A DNA stretch of 47,174 nt from an uncultured Candidatus Saccharibacteria bacterium (GTDB lineage: Bacteria > Patescibacteriota > Saccharimonadia > Saccharimonadales > Saccharimonadaceae). The notes below the pieces were generated by a model that did not search any database, was not told where the DNA came from, and worked only from the letters and a program-made list of their open reading frames with translations. The translations under genes were made by a program, and so were the position numbers. Positions 41,464-47,174 of this stretch are shown piece by piece; positions within the stretch are counted from its first letter, which is position 1, and each line of letters begins with the position of its first letter. The DNA lies in contig CAZFVK010000001.1 of the NCBI GenBank assembly GCA_964522475.1, forward strand, positions 5,168 to 52,341, in the 5' to 3' direction.

Positions 41464-41466
41464 AGT

Positions 41467-42363
41467 ATGAATCCACAACAGCAGATGCCACAACAACAGC
41501 CGACGCCTCAGCAGCCGATGATGCAAATGCCTGGTGGTCAGCCAGTGCCGATGCAGCAGATGGCACCGGTGCAGCAGCCAATGGCGCAAATGCCAAATAC
41601 GCAGCCGGCACAACCTAACGGAGCTACTCCTCAACAGTCAGTGCAACCGGCGGCGATTCCGGTATCTAAGGATAATCCTTCTTCAACGCAAGCAACTTTG
41701 ATGATTTCGGAACTTCGGGATAATATCGTGATTATGAAGGATGGATCTTTTAGAGCAGTGGTGGCTTGTAAGTCGATTAACTTTGACCTGATGAGCGATG
41801 TAGAGCGGGAGGCGGTAGAATATTCGTATCAGAATTTCTTGAATTCGCTAGATTTTACGACGCAGATTATGGTGAGAAGCCAAAGAGTAGATATTGGACC
41901 ATACCTTTCCAGATTAACGGAGATTCGGCGAAATAATGATAATATGCTACTCGGCGTATTGATGGATGATTACATTAACTTTATTGAGATTTTGTCGCAA
42001 GAAGCTAATATTATGGATAAATCATTCTTCATCGTGGTGCCATATTATAGTTCTCCAGATGAGGAAAAAAATCTTCAACAGACAAAGAACTTTTTTAAAG
42101 CTTTTTCTGGAGTGAAAGATTTGCCGATTACCAAGATTGATCGACCAACTTACGACAAAGCTCTGACTGAACTTACGAATAGAGTAGAAAGAGTAGTATC
42201 CGGGCTATTTCAGATTGGGATTCATTCGGTGAGACTGAATACGAGGGAACTTGCGCAGCTGTATTATAACTTTAATAATCCAGACACGGCAGTGAGAGAA
42301 CCTTTGGTGGATTTCTCGGAAGTAGCGACGATGTATGTTAAAAAAGGAGAAAAGAATGCCTAG
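41467..42363 (+). CDS. T4SS-associated protein (VirB4/TraC N-terminal-like) with a Q/P/M-rich leader
   Basis: STQ..L.I.E...N.VI.KDG, INFDLMS and YQNFLNSLDF; lies between PrgI and VirB4. Confidence 0.7.
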   Translation: MNPQQQMPQQQPTPQQPMMQMPGGQPVPMQQMAPVQQPMAQMPNTQPAQPNGATPQQSVQPAAIPVSKDNPSSTQATLMISELRDNIVIMKDGSFRAVVACKSINFDLMSDVEREAVEYSYQNFLNSLDFTTQIMVRSQRVDIGPYLSRLTEIRRNNDNMLLGVLMDDYINFIEILSQEANIMDKSFFIVVPYYSSPDEEKNLQQTKNFFKAFSGVKDLPITKIDRPTYDKALTELTNRVERVVSGLFQIGIHSVRLNTRELAQLYYNFNNPDTAVREPLVDFSEVATMYVKKGEKNA

Positions 42364-44170
42364 GAAGAAGAAAAAGGGAAAGTTGACTGCGGCGGAGATT
42401 GCGGCACAAGCTGAGGCTTTGGAACTTGCAGAAATCCAAAAAGCGTTTGAGCAAGGTACGAATACTTTACGTGATTTGATTTCGCCGTCGGCAATTGAAA
42501 TTCATTCAGATTATTTTAGGCTGGGTACTAAGTATGGGCGGACATTGTATGTGTATGGCTATCCGCGTACACTTTTTACGGGATGGATTTCGCCGATTAT
42601 CAATATTGATGAAGTGATTGACGTATCGATGTATATTTATCCGGTGGAGTCGGCGGTGGTGATGAAAAACTTGCGGACGAAGGCGACGCAGCTTGAAGCA
42701 TCGATGAATCTTAATACTGAGAAGGGTAAAATTAGGGATCCGGAGCTAGAGGCAGCTCTCGCTGATACTGAGGAATTACGCGACCAACTTCAGGTCGGGG
42801 CAGAGAGGTTTTTCCGCTTTGGGCTTTATGTAACGATTTGGGGAGATTCGCTTGAGGAATTAAAGTTTGTCCAACAAAAGATTGAGACGATTTTTGGCCA
42901 GCAGATGATTTTCTCAAAAGTGGCCAATTCACAGCAAGAGCAGGGGCTAAATTCGGCAATGCCACAATGTACGGATCAATTACAGATTCGGCGGAATATG
43001 AATACTGGTGCGATTTCGACATCTTTCCCGTTTACCTCAGCAGATCTTACTCAGGATAAGGGGATTTTGTATGGCATTAATATGCATAATAACGGCTTAG
43101 TGATTTTTGATAGATTCTCGCTTGAAAATGCCAATATGGTGGTGTTTGCGAAGTCTGGTGCTGGTAAATCGTTTACAGTAAAATTGGAGGCATTACGTTC
43201 AATGATGACGGGGGCGGAAGTGATTATTATCGATCCAGAAAACGAGTACCAAAAACTATCTGATGCGGTGGGCGGATCTTATATTCGTTTGTCTCTAAAC
43301 TCGGACGTAAGGGTAAATCCGTTTGATCTTCCGAAAATCGTAGACTCGGAGGACGCTAATGATGCTCTCAAAGCTAATTTGGTAACTCTGCACGGGTTAT
43401 TTAGGCTGATGCTTGGTGGAGTGGGAAACACTGGACAAGCGGCTTTGACTCCAAACGAAGAAGCAGATCTAGACCAGGCTTTGATTGATACTTATGCTCG
43501 GGCGGGGATTACTTCAGACCCCTTGACACATCAATCGCCAGCTCCGACGATTATGAATTTGTACGATACACTTTTACATATGGGTGGAAGTGGGCCATCT
43601 CTCGCACAGAGACTTAGAAAATATACCACGGGGACTTTTGCGGGGATTTTCTCACAACAGTCTAATATTGACATTAATAACCAGATGGTGGTGTTCAATA
43701 TTCGGGATCTTGAGGATGAACTGAGGCCGGTGGCGATGTATATCGTGCTATCTCATATTTGGAATATTGTGCGGGCGAATCAGAAAAAACGCCTTCTGAT
43801 TGTGGATGAGGCGTGGCAGTTAATGCAGTATGAAGATTCGGCGAATTTCTTGTTCTCACTCGCGAAGCGCGCACGTAAATACTACTTGGGACTCACGACG
43901 ATTACGCAGGATGTAGAAGACTTTATGGGGATGAAGATGGGTCGGGCGATTGTGGCGAACTCGTCGATGCAGCTACTTCTCAAACAGTCAGCGTCGGCGG
44001 TGGATGTGCTGGCGGATGTGTTTAAGCTCACCGAAGAAGAGAGAAGAAGGCTGGCAAACTTCCCGGTGGGGCAGGGATTATTCTTTGCGGGGCAGAATCA
44101 CGTACATATTCAAGTGATTGCATCGGAAACAGAGGAAAGACTGATTACTACAAATCCTAACCAAAAGTAG
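42356..44170 (+). CDS. virB4: VirB4-like type IV secretion ATPase (likely start 42356)
   Basis: Walker A AKSGAGKS, IIDPENEY, Walker B LIVDEAW, KRARKY and TQD. Confidence 0.9.
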   Translation: MPRKKKKGKLTAAEIAAQAEALELAEIQKAFEQGTNTLRDLISPSAIEIHSDYFRLGTKYGRTLYVYGYPRTLFTGWISPIINIDEVIDVSMYIYPVESAVVMKNLRTKATQLEASMNLNTEKGKIRDPELEAALADTEELRDQLQVGAERFFRFGLYVTIWGDSLEELKFVQQKIETIFGQQMIFSKVANSQQEQGLNSAMPQCTDQLQIRRNMNTGAISTSFPFTSADLTQDKGILYGINMHNNGLVIFDRFSLENANMVVFAKSGAGKSFTVKLEALRSMMTGAEVIIIDPENEYQKLSDAVGGSYIRLSLNSDVRVNPFDLPKIVDSEDANDALKANLVTLHGLFRLMLGGVGNTGQAALTPNEEADLDQALIDTYARAGITSDPLTHQSPAPTIMNLYDTLLHMGGSGPSLAQRLRKYTTGTFAGIFSQQSNIDINNQMVVFNIRDLEDELRPVAMYIVLSHIWNIVRANQKKRLLIVDEAWQLMQYEDSANFLFSLAKRARKYYLGLTTITQDVEDFMGMKMGRAIVANSSMQLLLKQSASAVDVLADVFKLTEEERRRLANFPVGQGLFFAGQNHVHIQVIASETEERLITTNPNQK

Positions 44171-44175
44171 AATGT

Positions 44176-44242
44176 AGAAGGCAAAAGATATTTTTAACAG
44201 CCCTTGTTACACGAGGCTGTTAAAAATACCTTTTTGCCTTCT
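44176..44242. repeat. ~67-bp imperfect hairpin overlapping the next gene's -35
   Basis: agaaggcaaaagatatttttaacagcc pairs with ggctgttaaaaatacctttttgccttct; TTGCCT(44234)-N17-TATAAT(44257). Confidence 0.85.
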
Positions 44243-44268
44243 TTAATTTTTTCTGGTATAATATAGGT

Positions 44269-45531
44269 ATGAAGGTAAAGAGGTTGCTGGTTGGTTTGGT
44301 GGCGATTTTTTTGACGCTTTTGCCGGTTGATGGTGTTTTTGCGAAGAAGGTGATTGATGAGGATACACTTTATTATTATGGACTCAATGGGATTTATCAT
44401 TACAATGGAGCGAAGGAAAAATGTACAGCGGAAGAAGGAGGAAATCAGAATTACGCTGGGGCGACGGTGTGGAGTGATGTAGAGCTTGAAGCGATTGGTC
44501 AGAATAAGGCGATTTATAAAGAAGCGGCAGATAAGTATGATTTTCCGTGGCAAGTGCTCGCAGTTTTTCATAGTATGGAGACTTCACTTCGGAGATACAA
44601 CCCAGCTAATGGACAGGGAATTTATCAGCTCTATTCCTACACGGCCGGTGGGAGTAATGAAAATGCGTTTACTCCGGGGCCAGTGGATGAGGCAGAGTTT
44701 AAAAGACAGACCATGATTGCGGCAGAAGTGATTAGCTCTTCGGTAGGAGATCTTAATGAATCAGATAATGTGAAGAAGCTATTTTTCAAGTTTAACGGGA
44801 TGTCTTCAAAATATATACAGAAGGCGCTCGCTATGGGATTTTCGGAGACGGAAGCACAGAATGGGGAAGGCTCCCCTTATGTGATGAATCGGTATGACGC
44901 GAAGCGGGATCCTTCGAGCAGCGAGATGGATTCGCATTGGCCGGGAAGATATGTGAGGGATGGAGTGTATGATGCGAGCTCTACTTCAATGGTGTTTGGG
45001 GCGTTTGTAAAATATGAAGCTTTGGCTGGGAGTGTGAATTGTACGGACCATGGTGGTGAAATAGTGGAAACGGCTCTGTTATTATCTTGGGAAGGACATG
45101 GGCATAGTAAGGATGATCCAAAGCCGGAATATGTGGATGCAATGAAGGAAGTTGGGACGTATAATAGTCCATGTAGAAGCAGCGGAGATTGTGCGCCTAA
45201 GGGAGCTTCTTGTGACGTTTTTGTATCTACGGTGATGAGATATTCGGGGTCGGATCCGGATTTCCCGATGTTTAACCCGGCCGCACAGAAGAGCTACATG
45301 GAATCACATACGGATAAATATGTAAAGATAGATGCTCATGATGTGAGCGATTTACAAGCAGGTGATATTTTGGTGGCGGTAGATAATGGAAGGCATATTT
45401 ATTTGTATCTTGGTGATGGGATGCAAGCGTCGGCGTCGTATAATGATCGGACGGGTGAACATTTTTCGGGAGTGTATTTGTCGGATAATGGGGGGTCGAG
45501 ACATTATAGTGTATATAGGAGAACTAGTTAA
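44269..45531 (+). CDS. Secreted putative peptidoglycan hydrolase (lysozyme-like + CHAP/NlpC-like domains)
   Basis: Signal peptide; YKEAADKYDFPWQVLAVFHSMET...GQGIYQ; C-terminal SCDVFVS...AGDIL...RHIYLY Cys/His pair. Confidence 0.7.
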   Translation: MKVKRLLVGLVAIFLTLLPVDGVFAKKVIDEDTLYYYGLNGIYHYNGAKEKCTAEEGGNQNYAGATVWSDVELEAIGQNKAIYKEAADKYDFPWQVLAVFHSMETSLRRYNPANGQGIYQLYSYTAGGSNENAFTPGPVDEAEFKRQTMIAAEVISSSVGDLNESDNVKKLFFKFNGMSSKYIQKALAMGFSETEAQNGEGSPYVMNRYDAKRDPSSSEMDSHWPGRYVRDGVYDASSTSMVFGAFVKYEALAGSVNCTDHGGEIVETALLLSWEGHGHSKDDPKPEYVDAMKEVGTYNSPCRSSGDCAPKGASCDVFVSTVMRYSGSDPDFPMFNPAAQKSYMESHTDKYVKIDAHDVSDLQAGDILVAVDNGRHIYLYLGDGMQASASYNDRTGEHFSGVYLSDNGGSRHYSVYRRTS

Positions 45532-45542
45532 TTTGGAGCAGT

Positions 45543-45580
45543 TTGGCACTCTTGACTAACGAGTGCTAGTGATATATAAT
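45543..45580 (+). promoter_or_regulatory. CIRCE (HrcA operator) overlapping the dnaJ promoter
   Basis: TTGGCACTC-ttgactaac-GAGTGCTAG at 45543-45569; TTGACT(45552)-N17-TATAAT(45575). Confidence 0.88.
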
Positions 45581-45606
45581 ATATATATTATATATGGAAA
45601 GATACT

Positions 45607-46533
45607 ATGGCGGAAAAGCGTGATTACTATGAAGTTTTAGGCGTATCCAAGAATGCGTCAGATGATGAAATAAAAAAGGCTTATCGTAAATTAGCAATTA
45701 AATACCACCCGGATAAAAATCCTGGTAACAAAGAAGCTGAGGCGAAGTTTAAGGAGATTAATGAGGCACATGATGTATTGTCTGACAAACAAAAGCGAGC
45801 GCGGTATGATCAGTTTGGTCATGCGGGGGTAGGAGGAGCTGGTTTTGGTGGGGCAGGGAATCCATTTGGTGGGGGTAATCCGTTTGGTGGTGGTTTTGCA
45901 CGTAATGGGCAGACCTTTAATTTTGAGTTTGGCAATGGGGGAGTGTTTGACGATATTATTGGCAATATTTTTGGGTTTGGAGCTGCTGGTGCGAGAAGAC
46001 CGAGGAGGGGTGCGGATTATCAAGTAGCGGTGACTTTGACTTTTGAAGAGGCGATTTTTGGTTGTACAAAGACGGTAGATAATAATGGTTCGGATCTTAA
46101 GGTGAAGATTCCGGCGGGGATTGATGACGGGATGTCTATACGCCTTCGTGGTAAAGGTGGGCCGGCACCGGAAGGCGGTTCTGAGCCGGGAGACCTCTAT
46201 GTGAGAGTGCGGGTGAAGCCACATAAATCACTCACGCGTGAGGGTGCGATTATTTTGTCTGAGCATACGATTGATATGGTAGATGCGGCACTGGGTTGTG
46301 AAATTGAAGTTCTGACCGTGGATGGGCCGGTGATTATGAAAGTGCCGGCAGGGACGCAGAGCGGGACACCGTTTAAACTGTCTGGGCATGGGGTGCCATT
46401 CCGTGCGGACGGAGATAGGGGACCGCATATTGTGACAGTGCTAGTGGAGACGCCGAAGAATTTGTCGAAGAAACAAAAAGAGTTACTTGAAGAATTTAAG
46501 TCTGCGAAGAAACGCGGGTTCTTTGGGCGATAA
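45607..46533 (+). CDS. dnaJ: DnaJ co-chaperone lacking the zinc-finger domain (class B)
   Basis: J domain with HPD, G/F-rich linker and C-terminal domains; no CxxCxGxG repeats. Confidence 0.9.
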   Translation: MAEKRDYYEVLGVSKNASDDEIKKAYRKLAIKYHPDKNPGNKEAEAKFKEINEAHDVLSDKQKRARYDQFGHAGVGGAGFGGAGNPFGGGNPFGGGFARNGQTFNFEFGNGGVFDDIIGNIFGFGAAGARRPRRGADYQVAVTLTFEEAIFGCTKTVDNNGSDLKVKIPAGIDDGMSIRLRGKGGPAPEGGSEPGDLYVRVRVKPHKSLTREGAIILSEHTIDMVDAALGCEIEVLTVDGPVIMKVPAGTQSGTPFKLSGHGVPFRADGDRGPHIVTVLVETPKNLSKKQKELLEEFKSAKKRGFFGR

Positions 46534-46546
46534 TCTTTTAGAAATT

Positions 46547-46786
46547 AAAGGTCTTAATAATATTTTTAGCAACGGTTGAACTTCGCTCCGGGATTTCAAA
46601 AATTATTTTAGGCGGGTCTTCACCTAAATTATCGGACAATTCTAATGGTACGAACTTTATAAAGTTTACCTAACTAGATAAAGTTATCTACACTCCACGC
46701 TGACAGTTTAGGATTCAGACCCGTAAAATAATTTTTAAACTCTCGGGCTCGTTCAAAATGTTGCTAAAAATACCATTAAGACCTTT
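46547..46786. repeat. 240-bp foldback element with ~85-bp imperfect arms and AAAGGTCTTAAT/ATTAAGACCTTT termini (MITE-like)
   Basis: 46547-46633 pairs with 46702-46786; the core has palindromes at 46653-46666 and 46675-46690. Confidence 0.9.
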
Positions 46787-46789
46787 CAT

Positions 46790-47131
46790 AACACGCTCTC
46801 ACCCTCTACGACCTCGTCTACCACTACAGCAACCCAATCCATCTGTCCTAAGGGCTGGACTTTGCCTGCCAAAACACAGATAGACAGTCTAAGTGGAGGA
46901 TCTAGCAGTACTACTTATGTTGGTAGCTTTTCCCCAGTCCTGGGCGGGTATTACTACAATAGTACGCTGCGCAGTGAGTCTACGAACGGGCTCTGGTGGA
47001 GCTCTATGGCAGTTAGTGACTCGCTACGATGTCGCCTGTATTATGATGGTAACAAGCTATATAGCATTACCAGTACCAGTGGCGGCAGCCGCAACACTGG
47101 GTTCTACGTGCGGTGTATCCAGGCCTCCTAG
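46790..47131 (+). pseudogene. 5'-truncated FISUMP-domain (CLec-fold) fragment
   Basis: In-frame NTLSPSTTSSTTTATQSICPKGWTLP...SFSPVLGGYY...GLWWSS...GFYVRCIQAS*. There is an in-frame TAA at 46736 and no ATG before the domain. Confidence 0.78.
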
Positions 47132-47174
47132 TATGGTCTCTACATCCGCTAAAGTATCAAGCTCTTAATACATT
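46924..47174 (+). repeat. Variable-repeat-like cassette copy B
   Basis: Homologous to 26773-27011 in inverted orientation; 12 nt longer. Confidence 0.9.

Noticed and set aside
41467-41660. CAG/CCG/ATG-rich quasi-repeat
   Set aside because: It is low-complexity Q/P/M coding sequence with no fixed repeat-spacer period. No CRISPR array was seen in the window.
45571-45595. AT dinucleotide run upstream of dnaJ as a phase-variation tract
   Set aside because: It is short, interrupted and lies mostly downstream of the -10, so slippage would not alter promoter spacing.
29549-46786. Foldbacks as integron attC sites
   Set aside because: AAC...GTT pairs exist but do not fit RYYYAAC/GTTRRRY at the stem ends. 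The flanking genes are housekeeping genes and no integrase is present.
27011-46924. A 20-kb invertible (shufflon-like) segment between the inverted cassettes
   Set aside because: Inversion would swap 3' ends between two fragments, neither of which has a gene body or promoter, and there is no recombinase in the window. It cannot be fully excluded without reads.
46924-47131. One cassette being the DGR template repeat for the other
   Set aside because: Mismatches occur at non-A bases in both directions (gac/tac, ctt/agt, gtc/ttc), and neither copy is dominated by AAC/AAT codons. Codons ~28-44 also have third-position changes, so one template may not explain everything.
46893-47168. Alternative-frame ORFs 46893-47168 and 26779-26976 with similar C-termini
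   Set aside because: The similarity follows from the DNA repeat. The FISUMP frame carries the recognisable motifs and the codon-position pattern.

Overview
A 47-kb, gene-dense, AT-rich chromosomal segment. It is most consistent with Candidatus Saccharibacteria (Patescibacteria/CPR), inferred from the multi-pilin/PrgI/VirB4 cluster and the CPR-type hypothetical genes. The left half (1-23.7 kb) holds the 3' end of an LGFP-repeat protein and a ~23-kb surface-glycan locus: prs, a probable PRPP-dependent ribofuranosyltransferase, GT2/GT4/GT-C glycosyltransferases, rmlACBD, wzm/wzt, galE and GtrA. The right half holds uvrA, a TylF-type methyltransferase, CIRCE-controlled groES-groEL and dnaJ, tRNA-Ser(GCT), comF, hsp20, five VirB2/TrbC-like pilin genes and a T4SS-like operon. 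Three patterns are not explained by the gene list. (1) Two start-less FISUMP/C-type-lectin 3' cassettes (26773-27011 minus, 46924-47174 plus) differ in a DGR-like codon pattern and share a near-invariant post-stop tail, with no reverse transcriptase or template repeat in the window. (2) Four long intergenic foldbacks are largely unrelated in sequence, yet three share a TC/TTC internal-loop motif and one abuts a cassette. (3) Extended -10 promoters lie 6-9 nt before many ATGs, implying leaderless transcripts. All calls come from reading the sequence by eye; no database searches were run.
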